Origin: Utricularia gibba | Lineage: Eukaryota > Plantae > Magnoliophyta | DNA length: 64,000 nt | Direction: 5' to 3' | NCBI GenBank assembly: GCA_002189035.1 | Contig: CM007992.1 | Coordinates: 3,534,001-3,598,000, forward strand | Shown: positions 37,401-51,700 of the stretch, piece by piece | Layout: every line of letters starts with the position of its first letter | Numbering within the stretch: the stretch's first letter is position 1 | The notes under the pieces: generated by a model | The model's input: only the letters and a program-made list of their open reading frames with translations | What the model was told of the DNA's origin: nothing | Database searches by the model: none | Made by a program: the position numbers and the translations under genes

Positions 37401-40400
37401 GTGCTATGAAGCCGAAGCAAACCTGTGCCTTCACCTAACAGAAACAGCAAAATGAAAAAAGAAAGATAAAAAGGAAAACAAGATCAAAACTAATGTCACT
37501 GAGACAGCAATCGAAGTATTCAATATAAACAAATGCTACACTCTGACCATGATATCCTAATATCTAAGTAGAAGATATGGTGTGAAAAGTCCTTTTCATT
37601 TTTTAGGAAATCCCGTGGGTTGCATTGTACTTAAAACTGACTCATCAATTAAATGCTAACCAGGGTACATATTATTCCGAAAGTATCTACCCAGTTCTTC
37701 AGCCTGCCAAGAAACGTATTAGACTGTCAAGAACAATCTACAATCAATCAAATCTGAACAGTCAATTCTACCTGCTTCCTTCCAGCATGGGTGAGCACGC
37801 CTCCATACTTCAGAACCATCAAGGCCTCAGTAGGGTGCTCTTCTGGTTCCTCATCATTAGATTTAACATTGACCCATGTTAACGGCTTGAGTTGGACTTT
37901 TCTGTAAATTCCAGAGAAGTGTCCCCCCTAGTTCCACGGCAGAAGAAGAGCATAAAGAACAATCTCATCTATCTCAAGAAAGGAACTCCTGAAATCATTA
38001 TCACTAAGTGTACGTTTTCAGTAACTCGCAGAGTCTAACTGATCAGAGATTAGGGGATATGCTGACAGATAAGTATAATCAACCATTGACAGATTATTGT
38101 TAATGTTTTTTATTCGCTCATTTTCATTGAAGAAAATTGATTGCATGCCATACAGTGTATCAACAGATTTCAAACAACACAGCTGGGAAAAGCGTGTAAA
38201 CATATTCATCAAACTAACCTCCTCAAGCACAGCTTTTACTTGGCGAAGCTTTTCAGAATGTTCAAAGTCATCTACTTCACTGTCACTTTCTCGACCAAGC
38301 CTGTCGATATAAAAATTAATCATCAATGCTCATCATTTATATGAAAATTCACCCATAATATGACCTAATACGAGGTACTAAAGTTCTTGTTGCATCCAAA
38401 AGATCTTGCAACTGAACGGCACTTTTCAATTTTGTCTGCAGAATCAGGAGAAAATGAATTAGGACCAGAAGGAAATGTACCAATATATGATGAGACTAAA
38501 TAATGTGACTGAGCATCAACACACAATAATACCTCAGATCTGGGTCTTCCACCATTATATTTCAGCATCAAATTTAGAAGCGTGTCCTCAGTAACTTTCA
38601 ATTTCACCTTCTGCTTTGGAGTTCTGTCACCACTGTGAAGCAAAACCTTCTTATACCAATAGAAAACAATGGAAGAAAAGGGATAACATGAGGTGTCTTA
38701 CTGACGAATTATAGCAATCACGCATCGCAATTCTTCACTTTGTCCAAATGTCCCAATTATCCCACTTCCTTGCCGTGTTAATCCCTCGGGTGGCTGAACT
38801 GGCTCTTTGAGTTTCCATGGTAAAACAGGAGGAATTGTTGAAGACAGATGTGGAGCTCTTGCATCAAGGAATATCTTCCTCAAAACACAAGCAGCATCAT
38901 CATAGTATCTGCACCAAAATTTTGATACAAAAGCTTAGTTTCAGAATAAAACGCCATTTTATCATATTAGTTAAAATAAATGATCAATTATTAACACATT
39001 ATGGTGCCACATTAAGTTTATAAAGAATGAAATCGGCATCCAAAACATTACTTGTAAGAGTTTTTCACAAAACTCCATCCATTGACATCACAAACATAGG
39101 ATCTTCCTTCACAACGTAAAAGATCAAATCCACAAACCTGTTACAACATGAAAGGCAAGAGTTTACACAAACAGAAAAATGAATGTGGAGTGTTACATGC
39201 TGGAAAGGCTGATGCTGTAATAAGCAGAGATACAACTATAACGTTATGAGGCACGCTGGAGTCCCTAATCATGATCTCTAGATAGCTAATGAACATAGGA
39301 TGCAGAAGGACCAGAATGAGAAGTGTCGAACATTTCAAATCCACTTACAGCTTGCCTGAATGCAAGACAAACGTCTCTTGACATTTGCTTTTCAGCAGGA
39401 GTAAGAAGAACAGGGTACCGAACCTGCAGAAACAACTCTTGAAGCCAACCAAATAAACTTTAACTGATTGCAATGCAATACAATCCACCACATACTTCCT
39501 TGCCATCAGGGTTTCTCATAACAACACCATCGACAACTGGAGATTTCCTTGCCTCTGCATGAGCATACTCAGGACCTACAGTATATACCTGGTAAAAAAT
39601 AGAAACAATGTTAACCAAACTCTTTAATCCCTTGGGAGGGGGAAAGTAGCTCGGGAGTCAGAATAACCGAAAACATAAGAGAATCCACAGAAATCTGGGT
39701 TGATAATTCAACTGTAGATAGCAAAATATAAGGAAAAGAAGACCTTCACATCGGTCCCCCAGTTGGCATGAACTCCTCATATATATAAGATCCTTCGCGT
39801 CTCACCCTTCTCACATCAGGGCGAAATTCACTGGAACGATTACCAACCTGACAATAAGAATTCATGATATTCCTAGAAAACTGATATTACAAGAAGCAGC
39901 TAGCTCACATGCATTTTATAAATTTGGAGGTTCAAAAAACAATAGTGCCACGAATCCCATATATCCAAACGCATAATGCAAAGGACATGTTTAGTAAATC
40001 CAGGTATATCATATCTGTACAAAACTCAAGCTTATTCAAGTTTCTCTTCAAATTAATATGTAAAATGATTTAGAACGTCCACAATTTTAAACTCACACCT
40101 TGCGAAACAACTCCTTCATTCCCCCACCAGCAGAACTAGGGTAATAAATCATAATTCTGTGATCATCACCTTCAAGAAAGAATGTTCAAATTAGATAGAT
40201 ATTAATGGAGTAAAAGAAGAAAACATATGTTGGTGTTTCAAGACATCAAACTGAAAATGGCAACATCACGGCTCAGCGTCATATGAAAAGAAAAGTACAA
40301 GAACAAGTGGAAAAGAAAAGAGTGGGCATGACCGAAGAACAGAACCAAGACATTCAATATATTGGGTTCAATGATGCCTATCACAGTGGGTCTTATGACG

Positions 40401-41570
40401 CATGCCAGCTACAACATGAATAATCCACGACAGCAGAACAGTTACCTTCAATTGGTTTTTCAACAAAAGGTTTAAGGAAGCGTTTTCCATGGACCTCAAT
40501 AAAGTCATCCTCCTCAACAAAGTAATTCAGATCTTGATTTGGGTATTCTCGGTTAACCAGTGCATATCTTGGAACAGGAACACCATACATTTGAAGCCTC
40601 TGGAAATGAAAATATGAAATGCCACCACAACAATAAAGTATAATACAAAAAAGGAGTAAATATGGAGTGGAACGTCTTAAAGAAATCATAATGTATTCAC
40701 AGACAGTCAACTAGACCTTTGTTTAATGAATCGACCATTTACAAACGGATAATGGGTTAGACACGGAAATCCAAAAATATCAGCAAGGAAGCAGCAACAA
40801 ACCTCATATACTTTCCTTCGATCATGAAGAAGATGTTGATGACCCAATTCATTTACCAGAAATGGCCTAGAATATGGAAAAAGCTGCAGCAGTCAGACCA
40901 CTTAGGGAAGTGAAAGTTACTTTACTCTCCTATCATTTAGAGTAGATAAAATGATTACGTAAGCTTACTTTCTTAACGCAGCATATTCTTCAGCCTTCTC
41001 TAAGGGAAAGGAAGAGGAGTGGAAAGCAATCAAGCACTCACATATAGGCCAACTACAATCCATTTGGACGACGAGCACCAATCACAGGAAGAAAACGATT
41101 CAATGCCTCCATCAAAAACCAAGAGCCTCGTACGGAAGCATACACGTTATAACATGGAAATTTCACCTCTCGATCGGCTCCTCAAGAATAAGCTTGTCCC
41201 CAAAATGCACAATCTACGCGATTCAGTTCATTGGCAACTCAGAGAGATAAAGAAAAATAACAAACCAAGCCATGCACACGGTACATATAAAAACTCAACG
41301 AAAGTACCTCAAATTCTCCAAACGCCTCTAGTCTCCGCAAAATCTCCAGCATCGGAGGTGAAAAAACCTACAGAAATCCAAACGAGAAAAGTAACGTGAA
41401 AAGAAAAAAAAACACTAAAAACAACGAAACCATGAGAACGAATACAGAAAGAGGTAATAATCTCGTGATGCGCAAGTCACAGATCCTGATTCACCTTCTT
41501 CTCCATTACGCAAACTCCTACGGTTATTTTCCTCGTGACAGACTCCCCGCCGGTCTCCATTCCCGAAACA
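34472..41570 (-). CDS. VIH: Bifunctional inositol pyrophosphate kinase/phosphatase (PPIP5K, VIP1/VIH), about 30 exons; -1 frameshift at about 39755-39760 as assembled
   Basis: METGG...[55 protein letters not shown]|[44 protein letters not shown], phosphatase [44 protein letters not shown] and EHTLP. I followed every junction; only exon 39847-39744 (104 nt) is out of phase. The exact C-terminus is uncertain. Confidence 0.9.
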
Positions 41571-41750
41571 CCAAACCGATTCGTTCTCCTCCAATGCCTA
41601 ACGTCCAAATCGAAAGAAAACTAAGAATCATCAACAAGAAACGAAAATCCACCAAAAGATCGTACCAGATTCACGATAAGCCCGATCGCCGCCACCGCAA
41701 AGTGAAACTGAAATGCAAATCCTGGAATTTTGTGCATCCGGAGGATTCTA

Positions 41751-41771
41751 GTATATGCATTGTGCATATAG
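41751..41771. promoter_or_regulatory. P1BS (GNATATNC) plus an inverted near-P1BS upstream of VIH
   Basis: GTATATGC at 41751-41758 is a perfect P1BS. GCATATAG at 41764-41771 misses only the final C. About 190 bp upstream of the VIH ATG. Confidence 0.45.
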
Positions 41772-42234
41772 CAGCGGAGGTCCCCCAACGGTACTTTAAG
41801 CGATGAGATTCCCAAAGATCGCTTGTGCCCTCAGTGGCTGGCATCAATCATCCCCCAACGGCAGTTTACATACAAATCCTTAGATGTCATTTTCCAGGCG
41901 TGTTTTACGTACCGTTTGAAAGAATGTGCACGTGCACCTGAAACTGCTCCAGGACGATGAAATGAATTTTTTTAGGTTAATTTTTTTGCAATGGCGGTGT
42001 GCGTATGAAACTACTAAAATGGCCTCAGAAAAGACGAGAGCGGCTGCAGAGGAGGACAAGGAAGCCGCCGCCGACGGAGATTGCAAGATTCATAACGGAG
42101 GCGATCGGAAACCGCCGTAAATCACATTACCAAGAAGGTGGTTTTTCAATTAAGTGAAACAAGTTAGCTCCTTTTCGAGCCTTATGCTGTACAAAGATGG
42201 CTAAACTGGAATTGTTGCAGATGTGTGTATTCAT

Positions 42235-44953
42235 CTAAGAAGACAAGAAAGCATCCACTTTCGCATTCGTGCTTCTTGACAGGAACTTCATGCAAATTGG
42301 CGGTTTTACGCCGGCCAAAGCAAGTATGGAACTAGGCAATGTCCATATCCCATCACCGCATATCAGCCCGGAAGCCATGGCCGGAGCAAAGGCGTCGGCT
42401 TTGGCCTTGTCGATCTTCTCCCAGATGAAAAGGATCAAGCTCCCAATGCACATGTCGATCGTAAAGTAGCCTCCGAGATAGAATGGGATGGCCATCGCCA
42501 TCGGAACCGGAATGAACTTGGCCCATTTCGGGCCTACGAGGTCTCTAATGGCGTTTATGGTCATGGCTGCGGCAAAGAAGATGTAGCATAAGGTGAGGCA
42601 GTGTTTTGGAAGAGAACCGAATCCCTCCACTCCCAAGATTGCCATGTTACGGTAGACAGAGGCGAAGGGTGCAGCATAAACGGAGCCGGGTGTGCCCAGA
42701 TCACCAAAGGCGTTGTAGAAGAGCCAGAAAACACAAGGGGAGATAATGCAGCCCATGGCAGTTCCAATGAACTGGCTCACGAACATGGACCTTGGTGAAG
42801 CAAGTGTTAGATAACCAGTCTTGAAGTCCTGTGAGAGGTCTGCAGCAGTCGATACGATATTCATCATGACACCGCAGGTAGCGAGACCGGCAAGGACGCC
42901 ACCATGGGCAGCTCCAGCCCATGCACCGATAATAAATATGGCAAATTTGCCATAGGTGGAGGCTAGAGACCAGTCAGTTAGCCCACATCCATAGGCATTG
43001 CAGAAGGCCAGAACAGGGGCGATAATGTACATGACAACAATATGATACCACCTGAGAGGGTGGAAGATGACCGGAAGCGTTGCGGAGGAGATGACTGCAA
43101 TGGCAAGATAGCCGGCAATGGCAAGCCAGTTGGGCATTTTATCCTGGATAAAGAGTTTTGTCCTAATTTGATCATTGTAAGATAGAGTTGCTAGGGTTGG
43201 GGGCTGTTCATCAACTGGGCGGACAAGCTCGGCTCGCCCACGCCGGATATGTTTGTACAAGCCAAGTAATGTGTGCCCAAAAACCTTAAAGAAGTTGTAA
43301 AGACCATCTCCAAGAATTGTGGCTATGGCAATGAAGACCTGAAACGAAAAGGTTTTGACATGGAAGTCAATTTCAGACAGATGAAAGATACCTCTTGTTA
43401 CATAATGTCAAGAGTGAAAACATAAGTAAAAACTTCACCCTGTAGCCTTGCAAACCATGGAGACTGCCGTCAGATAAGTGAGCGGAATACCAATCTCCCT
43501 TCCTGTTCTTAATCAGTGGCCACATTAGTCCCCATGAAAGGATGGCCCCAAGGAGCATCGATACATTGATAATGTATGGGCATATCATGCCAACACCAAC
43601 ATACGTTGCTGAAAAATCGAAGTAAAACCTGATCAAATATAACGAAAAAGAAAAAAGTCAGACATGATCTCTCGGAAAATGCTTAAAAGTGATTAACCAG
43701 ATAATCCCTTCAGTCCATGACCTGTTCTGATATGCCTTTAAGCCAAATGTTGGAAAGCTCACAAACCCACAGTCATCTCCAGCAGTGAAAAACCATTGGA
43801 AGAAGCCCCAAAGAAAGCTAAAAGAAAAGAACTTTCCCAAAGTTTTCACTTGTTTCCTGGATTCGAGCATTCAAAAATGTTAAGAAAGCATAGGTAACTA
43901 TAAAAATCAAAGTATACACTTTTCCTATAATGGTAGCTCACTTTGCCAGCTTAGCTCCCCGAGGAGTGTGAAAACTATTGATCAAATGAGCCGTTGCAGT
44001 CCCACTAGGATAAGTCAGACGAAAATCCACGATCATGATCTGAAAATTACCACAGGATCCATACAATCTTAGCATAATCATTCTGCTAAACAGCATAATT
44101 TTAACGGAGAACTAAAAAAGTTACCTTCCGAAGAGGAACCACAGAGAATAATCCCAAGAAGCTCACTATAAACAGGAATCCAATCATCCAATTCAGGCTC
44201 GGATTCTTCACATTTCTGGAGTCATTAGCCTCAGTGGACTGTCTGGCAACAGTCTCACTCATGCCAAAGAGATAGCTTCCAAAACCGCCTGATTTTTTCA
44301 GATTCAACATAGTGTCAATTTCAAATGATGTATATGCCGCAAGAAAAGTTGTTGATTTTAAAACATGCATAGCATAGTGGGCACGAAATCATGAACCGGT
44401 AGAGCCGATGACCAGTAACCAACAAAACGCGTGAAAAAGGTGACGGTATGATTTAGAAAACATGAAATTCAAACGGATCAATGCTTTGTCAGTCAAATAT
44501 GGTTGTTTCGGTTCAAGCAAACGTACATTCATCGGCATAAGCAAAATCAGAGTAGTGAAAATTACCGCTGAAAGCTATGCCGGAGGCGGCGACGACGCAG
44601 GTTTGAATGACGGTGTTCTCCTGGCGGGTGAACTGCTGGCGTAGGAGTCCAGATTTTTCTAGAATCTTCGTCCACGTCTTGACGAAGAAGAAACCTAGAA
44701 GGCCAGCAGAGACGTTGAGTGAAGGTATAATACCTGTTGTCAGATTCAACTTCATCACGATGAAGGTGAACAAGATCGACAACACGAAGCCGACAAAGAA
44801 TGCTCTAAAAGTTAGTTGATTCCGCCATGGCGGCACCTCCTTGCTCTCGAATACCCTCTCTATCGTCTCCGCTTCTTCCATTCCGCCGTTCTCCACCTCT
44901 TCCGCCACCTCGTCCCCGTCGGTCTTTTTCACTACACTATCCGACTCTTCCAT
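42235..44953 (-). CDS. YSL: YELLOW STRIPE-LIKE metal-nicotianamine transporter (OPT family; YSL5/7/8-like), 6 exons
   Basis: [113 protein letters not shown] and [10 protein letters not shown]. All junctions in phase. Confidence 0.94.
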
Positions 44954-45828
44954 TGCTCTCTCCGCCTCACCGCGCAACGCGTCTATGGCGCCGAGCGGGA
45001 TACTTCTTACCTTTTATATCGATAATCTCGTAATTAATCGGAATTTACGCGCTAATTAACTTCCCAATGTGGTCAGCGTCATTTTGACCGTTGACCATAA
45101 TGCGGCTGGTTGGCCTTATAAGGAAAAATGTTACCTTTTTGGTTTGTGAAGGACAGCTGTCATTATTGTCTTGAAACGACTAATTAACTATTCATGGCAA
45201 TGCCATGAGCTATTTAAGGAAACTATACTAACTTTAGCATTTTACATTTATTTCGAAATATTTAAGCATTAAAATATTTAACATTTATATAAAAATAAAT
45301 ACCATAAGACAAGCTGGTGGGAGGTTTGAAGAGGTGGTGGGAAAGTGGGGCGGGTTCATGATGGCCGTTAGAAATTTGAATTTTAATGGGGACCACCAGA
45401 GTCCACGTCACAATTTACCGAAATTACATAATTAATCTTCAAAATATTATTATTTATATACATTATTTAAAAATCATAAAACAATAGGAACCAAAAAATA
45501 TCCGCATTTTAAAATAATGAGGATCAATTATAGTGAAATTGGAAAAAATTGGAATTATATTTATCTGATATATCAAATTTTTGAAATTAAATATATTCGA
45601 TATATCAAATAATAGAGATTAAACATATCGTTTTAATAGAGACTTTCGACATCATAGTTTCAAAAAGAAAGTATAATTAGAATTATAATTTCTATATTTA
45701 AAAAATGCATATCTCTAATTTCTATTTTCGAAAAATCATAAACGTTGGGATTAATGTTTTATAAGACATTTATAGACGTTGTGTTGTTGGATACAGCCTT
45801 GTAATAAATATACTAAAACAGGTATACT

Positions 45829-47816
45829 TTACGGATGTGGTAATAAAAGGTTGACTGGGTCTGCGCTACGGTAAGAAGAGATCACAGAAGGACCGGACCA
45901 CAGCACCAGTGCAAATGGAAGCTTCTGAGATGTCATCAGCCTCAGTCCGGCCAAGGCGTTCCTGATAAAGGACGCCATTTTTTCCTGTAACCCCATGCTT
46001 CTGCGCATGGGGGATGGAAGATGATGGTGGCCCATGTGGACTTGGACTGTTCTGCATGGCACCGTTTTGTGATACAGCGTCCGCGGCGGCTGTCGGGTTG
46101 ACACCAGCAACGCATGGTTCACCTGGGATTTCCCCGTCAGGAGCTCAGCGCCACCGAAGTCGTCGATACTGCTGGTTTCTGCTCCGAAGGTATGATTAGG
46201 TTTAAGAGAATAGGGAGTGGAGTGGTGAAAGGCGTCCTCACCTTGAAAATCGTGGTGTTGTCCGCCATGGAGGTTGGAGAGGCTGCTGCTGTGTATTTGA
46301 AATGCGTCGGGGAAGGCCTGCGGAAAATTGAAGACAGAAGCTTTTCAGTTCACGCTATCCTTCTTTCTTTACGGCACAATTATTTTTGACTGGGGATACC
46401 TTTTCGAGTTCTTCATCGGAAATCCCGATCCAGGGCATGTGTTCCGGGAACCGAAACACTGGCTCATTTTCTCCGATTTCAATATTCCGTACGCCGGCGT
46501 CATACGGCTGCGCCGCCGGCTGGTCTCCGTGTAGATAAAACGAGAGCTCATTGTTCCCGGAGTAGGTTCCATCAAAGGTGCGCCCTTGATGATGGGAGCT
46601 GTTGGTATCCTGGGAAGCTTGAGCAAACGCTAGTATTTCCTGTACGATGTCAGGTCTTTGATTCTCGTTCTCCGGGAAAACATCCCCTCCGCTCATGCTC
46701 ATCGGATTCCCGTACGCCGCCGCGAAAGCTTGCACCTCCAACGGCGGCCGGGAAATACGAGCCTGTAGCCTCGCACATTCCATAGACTCTACATTTACCT
46801 GACGAATACCATGTGTCAAAAAAAATACCAAGTCTCGTAAAAAGAGTATGCACATACCCTAGACGGTGGATACGGCATGGAAGAGGAACTGCTGCTGTGC
46901 ATATTACTGAAACTAAACTCGAACTCTTCTTCTTCGGACAAGAATGGTCCCCATCCCGGATCATTGCCAGAACCAATAAGGGCTGAAGAATCCGGATCAG
47001 CTTCGTCGAATCTGCGGTCACCTTCGCTTGCTGATGCAGCAACGTAACGATCTTCGCACTTTGGGGGATTCAAACTTTTCTTGAACACTCGGTAAAGCGC
47101 ATAAGCATCCTGTTAATTATCCAATACATTTTTAAGGTTTTGATTGTTCGAAACCCAATTCATAGGAGAGTTTTGGGGCATGCGAGTTTCATGTCTAAGA
47201 ATTTCAGAGTTTGCAAGAATCCAGAAAACTGAAATGAGAATGTGAACCTGCAACCCGGATGAAGTTTCGCATTCCCCTTCTTCCAATCTGTACTCGTGCA
47301 TTACCCAGTCAGTCCTGGCACCATGAGGGGCTCGTCCTCTGTAGTAGACTAGGGTTTTCTTCATCCCCACAGCTCTCGTCTGCGAGCTCACCTTCCGATC
47401 CTTCCCCGTCGCCTTCCAGTAACCCGCCTTCGTCGCCCGGTTCGTCCTCGACCCGTTCGGATACTTCCGATCCCGGCAGCTGAAGAAGTACCACTCCATA
47501 TCTTTGCTCGGGAGGAAGGATTTCCCTAAGGATGCAAAACAGATAGCAATCATCTCTCTTTATGCTTTTCAGGCTAAAGGGAGTCCTCGTCTGAATATAC
47601 CTTTCTTCCGTCCCAGTTTACACTAACAAGAGTTTATGTCTTGTCTGAACAAAATTTACCTGGAAGATCCCAAGGCTCGCACTTGTAGAGATCCACTTCA
47701 GGGATGATTTCGAGATCGATTCTCTGGCCGTTGATCTTCCGCTTGAGGTAGTACGCCACCAGCTCCTCATCCGTAGGATGGAATCGGAACCCCGGCGGCA
47801 ACGACACCGGAGCCAT
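45829..47816 (-). CDS. NAC transcription factor, ANAC045/086-like, 6 exons
   Basis: [79 protein letters not shown] and [20 protein letters not shown]. Splice phases are consistent. Confidence 0.85.
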
Positions 47817-48786
47817 GCCGCGGGATCAGGCTGCACAAAAAAGAAGAGAAACGGAAGTAATGCGGAAAGGAGAAAGGGGGAAGAAGAGGGAGGAAAATGG
47901 AGACTCTATTTATAGACTAATGAAGAAAGCAAAACCCTATTCTTTTCTTTCTTCCTTTTGTTTTTTTTTTTTCAGTATTCTTTCTCCTCAAGCTCCATTC
48001 TCTTTTCTTTTTCATTCCATTTGTTTTTTGATTAATTGAATCGAAAATTATTTTACAAATAATTTAGTATTTGATTTATGATTTTGAAAATATTTTTGTT
48101 ATAAAAAATAAGCGATTTATACTTCAAAAACTAAAAAAAATCTAACAACAAAAAAAAAAACATTCTATTAGAATCTTATTATCCCAATTGATATGAAGAT
48201 CTCAGTTATCCCATTCTTGGGATGGAATCTGTCCTTTGATGGAATAGAAAGAATTGGAATCAAGATTTTTTTTATCAATTTAAATAATTCTTATTTTAAT
48301 AGAATAGGCATGCCATTTTAGGGCTGATCAATGAATAATCACTCAAATTATTATTTTTTATCAACAAATATTTTTTGGTGATAAAAAAATAGAAATATAT
48401 AATTATTAGTACAAAATTAAATGATTATTTGGTTAAATCTTTGGAGAGGCTGAATATTTGATTAAACTTATTATTATATTCTTATATAAATAAAACCTAT
48501 AAATTGAGTATTTAATATAAAAGATGTATCTTAAATACATAATTTAATTTTAATTTGATTTTACAAATACTCAAGTTTTGTTTTATTACCCTTAGTCCAT
48601 TAATGAGGCAAAAAGGAGATTAGTAGCGGTATGGGAAATGAAATGTTGACACGTGGAAGGCTGCAGGAATCCGATGTGGCGAATAACGATCACTTGTTGG
48701 GGTTCTTGCCTTTTCGGCACTCCTTCCTTTTGTGCTTTTCCGCCTCTACGGGTTCCCTCCCATAGCCTTTCTTTTTTGTCCAATCT

Positions 48787-51700
48787 TCACTTGTGGCACA
48801 CCATGGCTACGGCCTCACGGTCGACCGGACCAAGTTTCGGAAATTCATCGCCGATGAGCCGATGCACCGGAGCAGCTCCATGAACCCTGCAGAAAATGGA
48901 GGAGGCCTTCTTTACCCCTTTGCTCATAGTGACTGTGAGAGATGACAAGTACCAACACTCACATATAAGTAATCTCAGGTTGAAGTACTTGATGCTACTC
49001 GTCGTCCTGGAGATGGCGAAGGCCAAGATATCTGCAAAAATGGTGTAATAGTTTTGAGATGGGGAGACAGTGGAGATGAAGGATTTTGAAACTTGATGTT
49101 GAACCTGAATCGGAACCGGAATACAGGCCTCGAAGAGCATATTTTGCGTAGCCGAGAAGCTGGGTCTGGTTTGGGGAGCCAAGCTTGCGGATTAGAGAAC
49201 TTAGCATCCCGCTGTGTAGTGAAAAACAGCTTTCAATGGATTAGCGGCCCAAGCAGGAATACCTTCATTTCTCTGCTTACTGAGATCGAAGGACTGCGAG
49301 AAAATCCGGAGGCAACGATCCCATGAATGACGATATGTCCTCCATGTTAACAGATTTCAACTCTTCCTTGAAACTTTTCCTCTCCTCGGGTGTCATTCCT
49401 CTTCCAAGAACTGATTTACTGCACACATTTTGAATACAAGAATGTGAATTCCACATCCGATTCTGTAACGGCATCCAGACTTTACTTTACCTGTTAATTG
49501 TCCTTCCGGTGAATATTACTGGGAGAAACCGAGCATACTTTCCAATGCTAAAGCTATCACCAAGCTGCTGTATTTTCTGGGAATCCAGAGAGATCAATGC
49601 CCCCCAGAGACGGCAATAGTTCAACCGGAAATCTTCAGTTAACTCTTTGTAAATCCCATGATCCAGAATGACTACATTTATACAGGTTATGCAGATGCAG
49701 GGCGATTTCGTGATCAGAAAAGGGAGAAACTGAACCCCTACCTAACGAAAAGTTCTTGGGTCCTCCAGGAGAAACTAAAATATTGCCTGGATGAGGATCA
49801 CCATGCAGGAAACCATGAACAAATATCATCTCGGAAAACACATTTACCAGCGCCCTTGATACCTAAATTTCCAGCCAAAAAAAAAGCATTCAAACCTTTG
49901 GACAGTTCTCATATCGGTGTTTTAGGCGTACCTCGTGTGGGCTGATACCCATTCTGATCAGATAGTCCAAGTCATCAATCTGCGACCCAAGTAAGATATT
50001 ATTCACCATTTCCAAATGATGGAACAAAGTACCATTCACTGCATGATCATACAAACAGGGAGACGAGATTGAATAGGATTCTGAAGAGAAGATCGTGTAC
50101 CTTCCGTCCTTCACAAAATTCCATGGTCAAAACCTGGCTGCTAGTGGCATCCTACAACATGGCCAAGGTTGACAAAGGAAATAAGCGCACAAGTAATAAC
50201 CAAATGAACTAAACTGTACTATGATAGCATTGTACACAAAAGCTGACAAGTATGTAGCCTACCCAGTAAATACGAGGGATCCTGACTATCTTGTTCTTTC
50301 TAAAATTATGAGCAACTCTTTCTGAGTTCTTAGCCTCTTGAATGAAATCTGCATATAAAAAGGAAAACGGATATCAAGGAGACATACAGATAATGTTCTA
50401 CAATTCTCCTACCACCAAGAATGCACTTCCAATAAGGAAGCTCATCACTCTCAGGTTCAACAAAAAAAAGAAAATATGAGCTGAGCACATCGGAGTGCAA
50501 ATGTGTCTCAAGAACTGCATTAACTCAGAGGTCATCTGATTATTTGCATAGTCCACACAATAAATTTGATGACTTAAAAGCTGATCGGTGGAAGAATAAT
50601 GAAACCAACCAAGTTCAGAAGTAATTGACTTCTTAAATTCAGATACCAAACACTCAAATCTGTATTCAGGAATCAGCTGGAAGAGAAAGAAAGCAGAAAA
50701 ATGAGCATTGCTAAAGGGTATGTAGAGGGAATTCTTTATTCCAAATATTAAAAATGGAATCCACCCAGGAAATTAAGCTTGAGACCAAAGCCATGGTTGC
50801 AATGTCAAATTTCATTTGATTCTCCAGTCCTGGATATTGAACCTATAGCATGCAGAACAGCTCGATAAATCATTGCTCAAATTGATTAGAGTTCACAAAC
50901 TGACACTTTGCCCCTTTGATTAACCTTCACTGCCACCTCTTGATTATTTTTCAGCATGGCATGGTGCACTTGGGCGATGGACGCAGCAGCAATAGGTTGT
51001 TCATCAAACGAAAGAAATCTGATATTTTTCAACTCATCAATTCAAAAGGGCACGGTTTTATATAATTGGAACTAAAGCCTTCTCCATTCTAGAGTACTAC
51101 GGAAGGATGATTTTTTTAAAGGACTTTGTCATCATCAAATTTGATATACACCATAGCCAGTTGCAAATATAGAAGCCTTATATGAACCGAGAAAGATGTT
51201 CTACGTCATAATACATGATCATATTTCCTATTTCCAACAGCACTTGAACATTAAAGAAGCTGAATTTTAACTAATTGCAACTTACATTTCTGACATGTCC
51301 TTCCCTAAACTCCTCACAATAACTCCACTGATTGCTGTAAAATCGTAAGGTATTGCCTAAGAGATTAAAGCCACAAAAGAATAAAATTTATCCAAAGGAT
51401 GAAGGTGTAATATAACAAACAGTATAAATAGGGCAAACATTGGCCTTCAGAACAGTAACATAAAACAAAAACCTGGTCCTGTAACGAGGAAAGAGTAGAT
51501 GAGTACTCCTTCGAAACTTGGCGCATGTAGGAAACAAATTGGCCCGCTTTGACATAGAAGCCTTTGTTGGCATCACACAACCTTAATATCCTCCTTGCTA
51601 GCCGCAGATGAATCTTAAGGCCCCCAAAAATATAAATCAGGCATAATGCAAACATAAAAACACCAATTACACTCCTTACACAGAAGAAATTAAATAATCA

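Noticed and set aside
48165-48303. Hairpin-like segment centred on ATCCCATTCTTGGGAT
   Set aside because: Arms are unequal and AT-rich; too weak to call a MITE or miRNA precursor.
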